A DNA stretch of 64,000 nucleotides. Source: an uncultured bacterium (GTDB lineage: Bacteria; Babelota; Babeliae; Babelales; JABCYS01). Position numbers and translations under genes: made by a program. Below are positions 31,031-40,818 of this stretch, piece by piece. How positions within the stretch are numbered: the first letter of the stretch is position 1; every line of letters starts with the position of its first letter. The stretch covers positions 160,001 through 224,000 of the forward strand of contig CAVPKK010000005.1 in NCBI GenBank assembly GCA_963705705.1. Direction: 5' to 3'. A model generated the notes under the pieces. The model saw nothing but the letters and a program-made list of their open reading frames with translations. It searched no databases and was not told where the DNA came from.

Positions 31031-31816
31031 GTGATTACCAAACGCTCTTTGTTCATATTGGCAGTTTTGAATTTAACTCTTTTTGCAAAGTCACCATTTA
31101 TTGCAAAGGCCGACCTTTTAGATCAAGAAAATGAACAACATTCCATAGAGCAAGAACTTGCACAAACCAAACGCGAACTTGCCCAGGCGCAAAGCCAAAT
31201 AAAAGAGTTGCAAAAACAACTTGAATCGGCACAAACTTATCCGTTGATGGATACCATTTACGTTGGGGCAAATGGTTTTTTAATTCCACAGCAAGAAAAA
31301 GATAGTATTTCAACACGCGGCGGCGCTCCGACGTATGGTGAAATTAAATATCCATCACTCCAAACGTTGCTCAATGATCTTAATATCAAAGAAGATGACG
31401 TTTTTTATGATTTAGGCTCAGGCGTGGGCAAAACAGTTATTCAAGCTCATCTCAACTTTCCGTTTAAAAAAACGGTCGGCATAGAACTTGCACCAACGCG
31501 TCATAAGCAGGCCGAGGCTGTAGCTGACAAGCTGAAGAATAGAATGCTGGAGTTTAGGCAAGATGACATGCTTGAAACCGATTTGTCTGATGCCACAGTA
31601 ATTTATCTGTGTTCTACTTGTTTTTCTGATGAATTAATGAACAAGCTGCTTAATAAATTTGCTAAGCTTAAGAATGGATTAGTTGTTATTACGCTGAAAG
31701 AACTACCTGATCGCTACCCATCGGCCGGATTTGAATTGGTTAAAAAATATAACCTGCCAATGAGCTGGTCTGCGGGTAACACAGTTCATGTGTATAAGCT
31801 AACAAAGAATATATAG
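31031..31816 (+). CDS. DOT1-like class I SAM methyltransferase with signal peptide and coiled coil
   Basis: TYGEI...DDVFYDLGSGVGKTV...GIEL; ATVIYLCSTCF. Confidence 0.8.
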   Translation: MITKRSLFILAVLNLTLFAKSPFIAKADLLDQENEQHSIEQELAQTKRELAQAQSQIKELQKQLESAQTYPLMDTIYVGANGFLIPQQEKDSISTRGGAPTYGEIKYPSLQTLLNDLNIKEDDVFYDLGSGVGKTVIQAHLNFPFKKTVGIELAPTRHKQAEAVADKLKNRMLEFRQDDMLETDLSDATVIYLCSTCFSDELMNKLLNKFAKLKNGLVVITLKELPDRYPSAGFELVKKYNLPMSWSAGNTVHVYKLTKNI

Positions 31817-31833
31817 CCCTTCAGGAGCCTCCC

Positions 31834-32157
31834 ATGCCAATTGTAATCACCCGAGATAATTATGAACAAGAAGTACTATCATCACCACTGCCAGTTGTCA
31901 TAGATATCTATGCAACCTGGTGTGGCCCATGCCAACAAATGCATCCAATTATTGAAGAGCTTGAGAAGGAATATGGTCAACAATATAAATTTGTAAAAAT
32001 TAATGTTGACGAATCTCGAGATCTTTCTATCCAATTCGGGGTCACCTCTATCCCTACCTTTGTTTTCATAAAAAATGGCCAAATCAAGGGAAAAGCTACC
32101 GGTTATATGAGTAAACAGGATATTTTGGCCAGAATCCAAGAAGCCTTTGGCGCTTAA
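31834..32157 (+). CDS. trxA: Thioredoxin
   Basis: WCGPC, SIPT. Confidence 0.96.
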   Translation: MPIVITRDNYEQEVLSSPLPVVIDIYATWCGPCQQMHPIIEELEKEYGQQYKFVKINVDESRDLSIQFGVTSIPTFVFIKNGQIKGKATGYMSKQDILARIQEAFGA

Positions 32158-32369
32158 TGTAAACATTTCCTTAGCAACGATGGGCAGGTCTTTTTGCTAC
32201 GATGGCAACCTGCCCATAATTGTGTCTAACCATAAAAGTGGCCCCAAACCCTTGCAAACTTAAAGCTTTACTTGATAGGATAGCCCATGAGTGAAAAAAA
32301 CCTGGTGGCGGAATGGTTCTGCCACAAGCCATATGTACAACAATAACACTCAATAAAAAGGAGTTTGTG

Positions 32370-32936
32370 ATGAACAAACAATTACTAGCGCTTGCTCTAT
32401 TGCTAAGCGCATCTTGCACAGTGCAAGCATACCGCGAAGTTGTTGAAGGAAACGGCGAAGTGGTAGGAACCGAAAACGTACGTCGCGGCGGATATCGTCG
32501 TGGTATGTGCGGTCGTTGCCACGAGCCAAGAGTCCATTGCCGTTGCCACACCGTTCGTGAACAAGTTTGCCAGCCTAAAATGAAGTGCTGCAAAGTTCCT
32601 TGTGAAAAAGTTTGCCAACCTAGAATGAAGTGCTGCAAAGTACCTCGCGAAAAGGTTTGCCAACCAGTGATGAAGTGCTGCCGAGTTCCTCGTGAAAAAG
32701 TTTGCGAAGAAAAGGTATGTACCGTCAGACAAGTACCATGCCCAGTTAAATGCAACCCTTGCCACAGAGGCGGGATGGTTGAAAGAGGCGCGGCCTTTGA
32801 AGAACGCCCAATGATGAATCGTGAAGGCGTTGAAGAACGTCCAATGATGAATCGTCCAATGAATCGTCGTTATTCTCGCTATTCAACAACTCAAGTTGCT
32901 GAACAAGCACCTGTTGCTCCAGTAGCTGCAGAGTAA
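32370..32936 (+). CDS. Secreted cysteine-rich repeat protein
   Basis: AAGGAG RBS; signal MNKQLLALALLLSASCTVQA; 15-aa repeats EKVCQP.MKCCKVP. Confidence 0.8.
   Translation: MNKQLLALALLLSASCTVQAYREVVEGNGEVVGTENVRRGGYRRGMCGRCHEPRVHCRCHTVREQVCQPKMKCCKVPCEKVCQPRMKCCKVPREKVCQPVMKCCRVPREKVCEEKVCTVRQVPCPVKCNPCHRGGMVERGAAFEERPMMNREGVEERPMMNRPMNRRYSRYSTTQVAEQAPVAPVAAE
32559..32705 (+). repeat. 45-bp coding tandem repeat (~3.3 copies)
   Basis: GAA.AAGTTTGCCA.CC....ATGAAGTGCTGC...GT.CCT.G. units at 32559, 32604, 32649 and partial 32694. Confidence 0.9.
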
Positions 32937-33022
32937 CTGTATCGACAGTTCAATTCAATTTTAGGGAATAATGGTAGGTACGGAATTTTAATAGCACTAT
33001 ACGATGCCTATCACCCTAGTTT

Positions 33023-33051
33023 AGGGCCGGAAATTTTCCGGCCCTTTTTTT
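33023..33051 (+). terminator. Intrinsic terminator
   Basis: AGGGCCGGAA-ATT-TTCCGGCCCT followed by a T-tract. Confidence 0.85.
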
Positions 33052-33126
33052 ATTGGAGCGCGGCTTTATGCCGAAAATTATTAAAGTCTTGCAACCCAAA
33101 ACCTGTATTGGCTACGTTGATAGTAA

Positions 33127-33181
33127 CCATTGCTGCGGATGTTCTGGCATTTGCCAGAAAACACCCCATTCGCAGCAATGG
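33127..33181. other. Long intergenic hairpin (possible ncRNA or MITE)
   Basis: CCATTGCTGCG...CGCAGCAATGG outer stem with inner TTCTGGCA/TGCCAGAA stem. Confidence 0.6.
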
Positions 33182-33350
33182 CCCGCCTACGCTGTTCTGG
33201 CTAGGTTTGCTTCGAGTATGAATGAATTTTTATTTGATACAGTTTAAATCTCAAGAAGATGAGCTTCGTCGGGCTTCGCCCTAGTAATTTCATTGTACGC
33301 TATCTTGCACAAGCAAAAGAACGGAGGCAGGAGGCGGTAGCCTCCTGATA

Positions 33351-34715
33351 TCAGCTCTTCTTATCCTGAATCTCAAAACCGAGTTCTCGCAACTGAGCCC
33401 GCAACTCATCCGCGCGTTTCCAGTCCCGCCCTTTTCGAGCCTCTTCTCGCTCATCAATAAGTCGTTGCATCTCCGGCGTAATTACTACCTCTTTTTCAGG
33501 CATAGCCGCAAGTGTAAAGCCCAATACATTACGCAAAAAGGTATATACCCTGCATCGTTCAAGCTCGTTTTGCTGAAGCTCATTAATATTGTCATACATT
33601 GCGCCCCACATGCCGGGGAAATTAAGATCATCGCATAAGAAACTAAGCATAAGTTGAACAGTTCTTGATTTATTAACTTCGGCAGCCTCAACCATCGAAG
33701 CCTGGGAGCATGAACTAAATACACGCAACAACCGCTCATATGCCTTTTGAATTTGACCAATATCCTCTAAAGAAAATTCCAATGGCCCATGCATTTGATG
33801 TTGCAGGTAATAGAATCGTACAACCATCGGATCAACTTTTTCAAAAAGCTGGTTCAAGGTAAAGAAATTACCCAGGGATTTAGACATTTTCTCTTTATTT
33901 ACCGTCACAAACGCCACGTGCATCCAATATCGTGCAAGTGCATGATGAAGTAAACCTTGTGTTTGCGCGATTTCATTTTCATGATGCGGAAAAATTAAAT
34001 CCATGCCGCCACCATGGATATCGATTGGCGATTTCAAATATTTCTCAATCATGGCCGAACATTCAATATGCCAACCCGGCCGCCCCCAACTTTCTTCATA
34101 GCCAGGCCAGCGAACAGACCAAAAGGTTCCCGGTTCGCTATGCTTCCACAGAGCAAAATCCAGAGGATTCTTCTTGTGGGGATTAATTTCTACGCGTGCC
34201 CCGGCTATCAGATCTGATAGCTTGCGATGCGATAATATGCCATATGAAGGATCGGCATTAATATCAAAATATACATCACCATCGGCAGTTACATACGCAC
34301 TTTTTTCTTTAATAAGCCCCTCAATAAACCAAATTATCTCGGGCATAGTTTGCGTCACCCGTGGCTCATCGGTTGGTTTAAGGCAGTTAAGTGACTGCAT
34401 ATTTTGTTCAAACATTGCAATGTAGCGATTGGCGATTTCTAAGTAGCGCATCTGGTCGCCAAACTCTTCCTGCGCTTTTTTCAGAAGCTTGTCATCGATA
34501 TCGGTAAAATTGCGGGCATATAGAACCTTATAGCCAAGAAATTCAAGCAGGCGATATACAACATCGAAAAGCACGTACACACGACCGTGGCCCATATGAG
34601 GCGCATCATACGGGGTAATGCCACATACATACATGGTGGTACGGTTAGGATCTTTGGGTGTAAATAGCTCTTTTTTGCGCGTAAGTGTTGAAGTGATAAA
34701 TAAATTTTGATGCAT
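33351..34715 (-). CDS. cysS: Cysteinyl-tRNA synthetase
   Basis: YVCGITPY, HMGH, GRPGWHIECSAM, DLIFPHHENE, KMSKS. Confidence 0.98.
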   Translation of the reverse strand: MHQNLFITSTLTRKKELFTPKDPNRTTMYVCGITPYDAPHMGHGRVYVLFDVVYRLLEFLGYKVLYARNFTDIDDKLLKKAQEEFGDQMRYLEIANRYIAMFEQNMQSLNCLKPTDEPRVTQTMPEIIWFIEGLIKEKSAYVTADGDVYFDINADPSYGILSHRKLSDLIAGARVEINPHKKNPLDFALWKHSEPGTFWSVRWPGYEESWGRPGWHIECSAMIEKYLKSPIDIHGGGMDLIFPHHENEIAQTQGLLHHALARYWMHVAFVTVNKEKMSKSLGNFFTLNQLFEKVDPMVVRFYYLQHQMHGPLEFSLEDIGQIQKAYERLLRVFSSCSQASMVEAAEVNKSRTVQLMLSFLCDDLNFPGMWGAMYDNINELQQNELERCRVYTFLRNVLGFTLAAMPEKEVVITPEMQRLIDEREEARKGRDWKRADELRAQLRELGFEIQDKKS

Positions 34716-34821
34716 TGGGTTGTCCTTTTAAAATCAAGGATCCAAGCTTAATTGAATTTAAAAAGAAAAGGGACCCTTATCAAGATCCAGTTGACGTGTT
34801 ACATCGTAAATTGACTAGGAA

Positions 34822-34858
34822 TCCGCTCATCCTGAGTTGATCGAAGGATCAAAGCGGA
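34822..34858 (+). repeat. Family-A palindromic element, intergenic
   Basis: TCCGCTCATCCTGAG-TTGAT-CGAAGGATCAAAGCGGA. Confidence 0.9.
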
Positions 34859-34907
34859 AAGAAGATTTGTGTCGCCTAGCTCTTGAATAATGTACTTCCT
34901 TTAAATT

Positions 34908-36983
34908 TTACCTGCGCCAATTGCCGAAATCTACGCCTTCTTCCGCTAAAATTTCAGCAGCAACATTGGTAGTGGTAAAACCTTGTTCAATTTTATACGG
35001 TCGATACAACACACCATGATCTTGCTTGATGATTTCCATCTTATAGTTTTTGTATAGTCCTTTTGTTTCATCTTCTAATTTTACCAGTTCCGGCTTATGC
35101 GTTGACTGAATAACCATCACGTTTGGATACTCCGCTAGCCACATTGAACAATCTCGTGCAAGGATTGCAGCCTGTTGTTCACTGGTTGAGCGAAACACTT
35201 CATCCATTACAACCAAGCAAAATTCGTCATAGTTAAGTTGTCGAACAAGCTTTTGCATGTCTCGCATTTGATTAACTTCTGCCTTGTATAATGAAACGCC
35301 TTTGGCGGTATCATCGCGCACAATGATATGGGTAAATATGGATTTAAATGGCGTCATCACCATTGCCTGGGCCGGAGCAATACCAAAAGCTTGCCCCAAC
35401 AAGGTGCAATGCAAAAGTGCCCGAAGTGCCGTTGATTTACCAGCAGTATTTTGGCCAGTAAGCACCATGTTTCGATTGCTTCCGGTGCGGCCTAATTCAA
35501 TAGTATTTGGTATGGCATGCTTCGGATCAACCTGGGGATTCCAGAAATTAGTTGCATTAATATATGGCGTATCTTGCTGAGAAAATTCTACAAAGCAGTA
35601 TGGCGTTTTGGTGCCCTCAAACTCTTTATATAACTTTGCTACAGAAACATAAGCATCAAGTGTGCCGAGCGCCTCAAGAGCGTTGCGCCATTCATATTTA
35701 ATCTCTTGCATTAATTGATGTGCTACTAGTACACGACCGTGGTATGACCAAAATGATGGTTGCCCTTTAAAGGTATCGGTGTCCAGCAAGCTTTGAAGTT
35801 CTTGCGCTTTCTTTGATGAGCCGGCCAAAAAATGCTTAATTGCTTCAAGTTCGGGCACTGCTTTACGCAGGGCAGGAACTTTTGCACAGCGGGCATAGCA
35901 ATCTTGTAAGCTACGCATTGCCGCGCTTGTAAATAGAAGTTTTGATTGTAGATACTGGGTGCAATCATGATATTTGGCTAATTCTTTATATCCTTGTCTT
36001 CCCATCACGGTCCACAAGGCTAATGAAATAGCCAAAACTACTATGGCGGTCGCTTTTTTTGGAACAGGATCAAAAAGTGCAAAATTGTCAGAATTATTTC
36101 GTAGAAGAGTAGAAAGGCATGAGTAAACAGAAACCAAAGGGAAGCAAAGGTTTCGTGCAAATGCAGCTGGTTCGCCTGGAGCACCGGCGAATTCGACAAA
36201 TTTCCCGGCAAGGGAGTATATAATTGCAGAAATTGGCTCAAGCCCACTGACATAGCCGGCATTAAGAAGATTGTGAATCCTGTTGCCTACTTCTAAGAAC
36301 ACTGGGCTTTCATTTTTCCAGCTTTTCTCACGCTGGAGAACAGGCGTAAAATTCCAGAGGTTGGTATTTTCAAGATAATAGAGAGAGTCGAAATGTTTTT
36401 CGAAAATCGGATCTTCTGTTTGGTAATTTTTAAGAAAAACATCTTCAGTACGCGCAAATATTTTCAATGACCTATCAAGTTTCTCAAACAACTCACTATT
36501 GTTAATCAGTTCTTTAATAGCAGCCTGTGCAATAGTGGGATCACTCTTGCGATCAGCTACGAGCATTTTTGCCAAAACGGCTTCGCCAATAGCGCTATTG
36601 GTGCGATTAATTGCTTGCGCCAAATTAGCGTTTTCAAACAATTCCATATCAAGCCAGCTATGCCGGCTAAGCAGTGGACTGACAACGTTTTTATCGTTGT
36701 ATGCAAGAACATCAAAAGCGATGTTTTTCTTTTGCTCTATGGTAAGCGGTTTAATGGTAAGATCAGGCTTCTCCTCCGTCTTGCTTTTGGTTTCCACTGG
36801 TTGCTTGGCAGTTTCATCCTCGGCAACGATGCCAATAGCAGGCAAATAGAGTTCCTTAATTTGAGCATACAAAGGATTCGGCTTTACAGCTTTTATTGCA
36901 GGCGCGGCCTCAACAAAAACTGGTTGCACCATCAGGCCAATGGTAACAATAATCACGAGCATTCTGCGGATCTGGCGGTGCAT
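34908..36983 (-). CDS. MutS-related protein (ATPase domain V only) with signal peptide and internal hydrophobic segments
   Basis: LTGQNTAGKST, SLYKAEV, MDEVFRST, STH; likely start MHRQIRRMLVII at 36983. Confidence 0.85.
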   Translation of the reverse strand: MHRQIRRMLVIIVTIGLMVQPVFVEAAPAIKAVKPNPLYAQIKELYLPAIGIVAEDETAKQPVETKSKTEEKPDLTIKPLTIEQKKNIAFDVLAYNDKNVVSPLLSRHSWLDMELFENANLAQAINRTNSAIGEAVLAKMLVADRKSDPTIAQAAIKELINNSELFEKLDRSLKIFARTEDVFLKNYQTEDPIFEKHFDSLYYLENTNLWNFTPVLQREKSWKNESPVFLEVGNRIHNLLNAGYVSGLEPISAIIYSLAGKFVEFAGAPGEPAAFARNLCFPLVSVYSCLSTLLRNNSDNFALFDPVPKKATAIVVLAISLALWTVMGRQGYKELAKYHDCTQYLQSKLLFTSAAMRSLQDCYARCAKVPALRKAVPELEAIKHFLAGSSKKAQELQSLLDTDTFKGQPSFWSYHGRVLVAHQLMQEIKYEWRNALEALGTLDAYVSVAKLYKEFEGTKTPYCFVEFSQQDTPYINATNFWNPQVDPKHAIPNTIELGRTGSNRNMVLTGQNTAGKSTALRALLHCTLLGQAFGIAPAQAMVMTPFKSIFTHIIVRDDTAKGVSLYKAEVNQMRDMQKLVRQLNYDEFCLVVMDEVFRSTSEQQAAILARDCSMWLAEYPNVMVIQSTHKPELVKLEDETKGLYKNYKMEIIKQDHGVLYRPYKIEQGFTTTNVAAEILAEEGVDFGNWRR

Positions 36984-37005
36984 AATTAATCCTTTGTTGT
37001 TTAAA

Positions 37006-37039
37006 AAGAGGGACCCTGGTTTGTGCCAAGGTCCCTCTT
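37006..37039 (-). terminator. Hairpin / intrinsic terminator between the MutS-like paralogs
   Basis: AAGAGGGACC...GGTCCCTCTT stem; a T-run follows on the minus strand. Confidence 0.65.
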
Positions 37040-37062
37040 GATATTTAGATGACAATGATTTC

Positions 37063-39372
37063 TTAGCTATTAAACAAGGTAATACCCTGTTCTGCCAAGA
37101 TTTCTTCGGCAACGTTTGCGGTTGTCCAACCAGCTTCGATCTTGTGTGGTCGAACAAGCTTGCCGTCGACCTTGAGAATTTCCATCTTATAGTTCTTGTA
37201 CACACCATTTGTTTCATCCTCAAGCTTAATAAGCTCAGGGAAGTGTGTAGAAGAAATAACCATTACATCATTGTAATTGGCGAGACCAAGGAAATACTTG
37301 CGTGCTAATGGCACTGCAGTCTGTGGGCCAGTGGTATGGAATATTTCATCGATGACCACAAAGCAACGCTCACCCGGCTGCAAGGACAAGATAGCCTTTT
37401 GTATCTCATCAATGTTAATAACTTCCGCCTTAAAGTGTGAAATACCATGCTCAACATCATCGGAAATGTTGATGTGGGTACGAATCAACTTAAATGGCGT
37501 GAGATCCATAGATTCAGCAGGTGCAACACCAAACACATGGGCAAGTAACACACCTTGTAGTAATGAACGTAAGGTCGTTGATTTACCGGCTGTGTTTTGA
37601 CCCGTTAAGATCATATTGCGGTTCGCGCCCTGGGCACCAAGCTCTACCGTGTTGGCTACCGGCTTCTTCATGGTAACCAATGGGTTCCAGAAGTTGACTG
37701 CCTTAAGGTGTGGCTGCGCTTCAGTAGTTAAATTCACAAAGCAGTATTTATTGTCTTGGGTTTCGTATTCTTTAACCAACTTAGCCATCGAAGCAATAGC
37801 ATCGATGGTACCAAGCGCTTCTAATGCATCGCGAAGTTCATATCGAACTTCTTGCATTAATTTATGCGCCGCCAACACACGACCATGCAATGAAAGTAAC
37901 GTTGCAGAATTGGTAAAGGTATCTGTGTTTAATAATCGAATTAGCTCATCAAGCTTCTGGTTGCCCGATCCGCCGCCGATTAATTTATGCAGTTTCTTAA
38001 GCTCGTTTGGCATAGCTGACCGTAATGCCGCACTGTGCGTAATAGTTTCGCGTAAGTGATCCATTGCTCGTACTGCTGCGCCAAGTGGGATGAGTTTTCC
38101 TTGCAGATATTTGAGTGCATCAAATTGATATTTGAATGCGCCGTATCCGCTTGACGCCAGACTTGCCCATATCAATCCAGCAATCCCCATATAAAAGAAC
38201 ATGCCGTATTGTATTCCTCGTTTTAAGGTCATTCTCTCCTTTAACAAATGAGGATCATCTGTAGGCCCGGCACTATCTATTCCCTTAATACCCGCGTCCC
38301 GTGCCCAATTTAGGAGATATAAATCATATGGAACAAAGCAAAATCTAAGAGCTTGATATGAGCTTCCATTGGCTGCTTGATTATGCATCTCTTCTGCTGG
38401 AGCAAAAGGCAATCTAGCGATGCCAGCATTAATTGCTCGTGCCTCTGAATCGTCGGGATTAGATAGATCCTTAAGGTTCATCAATCTCGTCAACAACTGA
38501 AAGAAAACTGTACCCCGCGCTAATTTGTCACCGTGAGGCGTATTACGGAGGAGGCCTTTTTTTAGAGCTGTTATAGCAGCAATCACTGGTAAGATAACCA
38601 TAGTCAATGATGAACCTGCCAAGGCCATTGTATTTGCAAGATTATCCCAGCGCGTTTTGGCTTCTAGAAGCATTGGATTTTCATTTGAAAGAATTTTGCT
38701 TGTCCATTTACCAAAATAGAGCTTTGCAAAATATTCTTCGTATGCTGGATCTTCTTCTTTAAAATTTGATAAATAAATTTCTTCAGATTTGCCAGCAACC
38801 ATTAACATAGTGTCAATTTGTTTGAGTTCAGCTTCGTTAGCAACCAATTCCTTAATAGCTGCTTGTCGTGCCAAGGCAACGTTAGCATCGCCACCGGTTA
38901 CGAGCATTTTACCTAAAACCGCTTCACCGAATGAAGTGTGTGTACGGTTAATGGTCCGTAAAAGGTTTGCTTGCTTGAACAACTCAAGATCTTCCCAGCT
39001 GTGTTCAGAAAGGAAACCAGATGGCTGGGTATGATCGCGTGAGGCCAATAGATCAAAGGCCATGGTTTTCTTTTCAGCCTCAGTCATCGGTTGGATGGTG
39101 AGGTCTAACTTTTGTTCTTTTTTTCCCCAAGAGAACCATGATGATGATGCCGGTTCTGCATTTTGATTTGCATTTGGCATAGCTTCATCAGCAAGCATAC
39201 CGATAGCAGGTAGGTAAATAGATTTAATGGTTGTGTAAAGTGAGGCTGCTGATTGCGCAGCAGCGGGTTGCTTTATACCATCTGCTGTAACTGCCATAAC
39301 TGGATTGGCCAGCACCAAACTAAAGAGTAATAAACTTATTGTACGCTTAACCGAATGCATATCATTCTCCAT
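37063..39372 (-). CDS. MutS-related protein (ATPase domain V only), tandem paralog
   Basis: LTGQNTAGKST, SHFKAEV, IDEIFHTT, STHF; signal peptide ending VMA-V. Confidence 0.85.
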   Translation of the reverse strand: MENDMHSVKRTISLLLFSLVLANPVMAVTADGIKQPAAAQSAASLYTTIKSIYLPAIGMLADEAMPNANQNAEPASSSWFSWGKKEQKLDLTIQPMTEAEKKTMAFDLLASRDHTQPSGFLSEHSWEDLELFKQANLLRTINRTHTSFGEAVLGKMLVTGGDANVALARQAAIKELVANEAELKQIDTMLMVAGKSEEIYLSNFKEEDPAYEEYFAKLYFGKWTSKILSNENPMLLEAKTRWDNLANTMALAGSSLTMVILPVIAAITALKKGLLRNTPHGDKLARGTVFFQLLTRLMNLKDLSNPDDSEARAINAGIARLPFAPAEEMHNQAANGSSYQALRFCFVPYDLYLLNWARDAGIKGIDSAGPTDDPHLLKERMTLKRGIQYGMFFYMGIAGLIWASLASSGYGAFKYQFDALKYLQGKLIPLGAAVRAMDHLRETITHSAALRSAMPNELKKLHKLIGGGSGNQKLDELIRLLNTDTFTNSATLLSLHGRVLAAHKLMQEVRYELRDALEALGTIDAIASMAKLVKEYETQDNKYCFVNLTTEAQPHLKAVNFWNPLVTMKKPVANTVELGAQGANRNMILTGQNTAGKSTTLRSLLQGVLLAHVFGVAPAESMDLTPFKLIRTHINISDDVEHGISHFKAEVINIDEIQKAILSLQPGERCFVVIDEIFHTTGPQTAVPLARKYFLGLANYNDVMVISSTHFPELIKLEDETNGVYKNYKMEILKVDGKLVRPHKIEAGWTTANVAEEILAEQGITLFNS

Positions 39373-39489
39373 AATGCAAAATTGGGTTTAAAGTAAGGCC
39401 CATTAGTCTGCTTGAAGCCACACTGGAATGCAACCGGAAAAGGCTAAAATAAAAATTTGTGATTCTATTTGAACTTTCAGACGGGATAA

Positions 39490-40161
39490 TCAACACGAAG
39501 GGGGCAATGTCATTTTTATCGGCTTTGCCAAAGGCAGCGTCTTACCACGGCGTTGGCCATAGATAAAGGTCTGATGATGCTTATCCAAGAGGGGGTAAAT
39601 TGTCGCATAGTAATTATTAAGGGCTTGTTTCCAAGCGCATCGATCTATAGGCGCAGGTTTTTTTGACTGTTCTATATCTGACAGGTCTTCCTCTTGGCCA
39701 TTTGGTTCTTCTTTTATGATTACGGCATTTGAGGCTGCTTCAGTTTCAGGGCCATCTGATTTCTTGCTAGCTAGGTTTTTCTTTCTGCGTGCCAAGGTTG
39801 CAGCCAACTGAAGCTTTTTTTGCTGTTCCATTTTTAGCGTATCACTATGTGCTTGCATATAGGCATTTTTGAATACCTTTATAAGAGCCAGGCGAAAATT
39901 GTTAGGAACCTTATTTTCAACACCATTAATAGTAGAAACGCTTTTAATGGTAGCCGAGACACTATCTTGTAAATGCTTCTGCGCATCATCAGGCCTCGCC
40001 TGCATTAAATAGGCGATGAAGGCGGCAAGGGCATTGAGATATTGTTGGCCCAGGTTTTTATCAAGGAAATATTGCTTTTGCCACGTCTTAATATGAGCAG
40101 GATCGCTTGGTTGCAATGGTGCGCAGGCGACGGCGATGATGAGTAAATATCTTTTATACAT
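39490..40161 (-). CDS. Hypothetical secreted protein
   Basis: GGAGG RBS, signal-like N-terminus, 223 aa. Confidence 0.7.
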   Translation of the reverse strand: MYKRYLLIIAVACAPLQPSDPAHIKTWQKQYFLDKNLGQQYLNALAAFIAYLMQARPDDAQKHLQDSVSATIKSVSTINGVENKVPNNFRLALIKVFKNAYMQAHSDTLKMEQQKKLQLAATLARRKKNLASKKSDGPETEAASNAVIIKEEPNGQEEDLSDIEQSKKPAPIDRCAWKQALNNYYATIYPLLDKHHQTFIYGQRRGKTLPLAKPIKMTLPPSC

Positions 40162-40170
40162 ACCTGCCTC

Positions 40171-40443
40171 CTATGCGCGCAATAGTGCTTTTTTTACCAA
40201 CACATAAAGCGCACCCGCCAATGCCCCTATAAAAAAACCGAGACCAAAATGAAATGGCAGTCCACGCATATATATTTTAAGCGAGACATGCGGGGGTAAT
40301 TTCGGTAAAAATTGTTGGTGCTGTTGTGCAAAGGTTTTAAAAACTGCCGCCTCAGGCCACCAATTAAGAAAGGCCGAAGCAATAGTATAAAGGGTGCTCA
40401 AAGCAATGCCGCCAACTAAACCAAAAGTAACAACAATGCTCAT
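40171..40443 (-). CDS. Small two-TM membrane protein (DUF5676-like)
   Basis: Two hydrophobic helices; W.PE...H...GL..HF motif shared with the neighbouring gene. Confidence 0.6.
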   Translation of the reverse strand: MSIVVTFGLVGGIALSTLYTIASAFLNWWPEAAVFKTFAQQHQQFLPKLPPHVSLKIYMRGLPFHFGLGFFIGALAGALYVLVKKALLRA

Positions 40444-40460
40444 AACACCCTTTTAACTGG

Positions 40461-40733
40461 TTAACGCATGCCGTACATGCCAAATAATATCTCGTAGATA
40501 TAACCGGTCACCATTACAAAAATAAAACCAAAGGCAAAATGAACGATTAGTCCGGTGATAACATGATTTAGCGTAACCTTTGTCTTAAATGTCGGTCCTT
40601 CCGAGAGATGATGGATCCTGGCTACGAAATTAATAAATTGTTCTGGCCTCCAAGCCATCATCAATGAAAAAATGAGATGGAAAAATGCAAAGCTTGCTCC
40701 AATGGTTATCGCAAGCATCATAATTTGGCTCAT
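40461..40733 (-). CDS. Small two-TM membrane protein (DUF5676-like), paralog of 40171..40443
   Basis: WRPEQF...IHHL...GLIVHF...GYIY. Confidence 0.6.
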   Translation of the reverse strand: MSQIMMLAITIGASFAFFHLIFSLMMAWRPEQFINFVARIHHLSEGPTFKTKVTLNHVITGLIVHFAFGFIFVMVTGYIYEILFGMYGMR

Positions 40734-40818
40734 AAGATCCTTATTTTTGTTACGGGCCTATCACTATAAAACTACCGTAGCAAAACTGTGCGTTGAAACG
40801 CAATGATGGGACAAAAAA

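Noticed and set aside
32559..32705. CRISPR array
   Set aside because: The 45-bp units are contiguous, in frame and vary mostly at codon level; there are no unique spacers and no cas genes.
32171..32765. Minus-strand repeat ORFs (194 aa and 120 aa)
   Set aside because: Antisense to the Cys-rich gene, which has the RBS, signal peptide and terminator.
33053..33230. ISL3 transposase remnant (minus-frame GFGLQDFNNFR)
   Set aside because: Only a short resemblance, with no other transposase motifs or terminal repeats.
36984..37223. Extended N-terminus of ORF 34908..37223
   Set aside because: It overlaps the upstream paralog and a terminator-like hairpin; the signal peptide starts at 36983.
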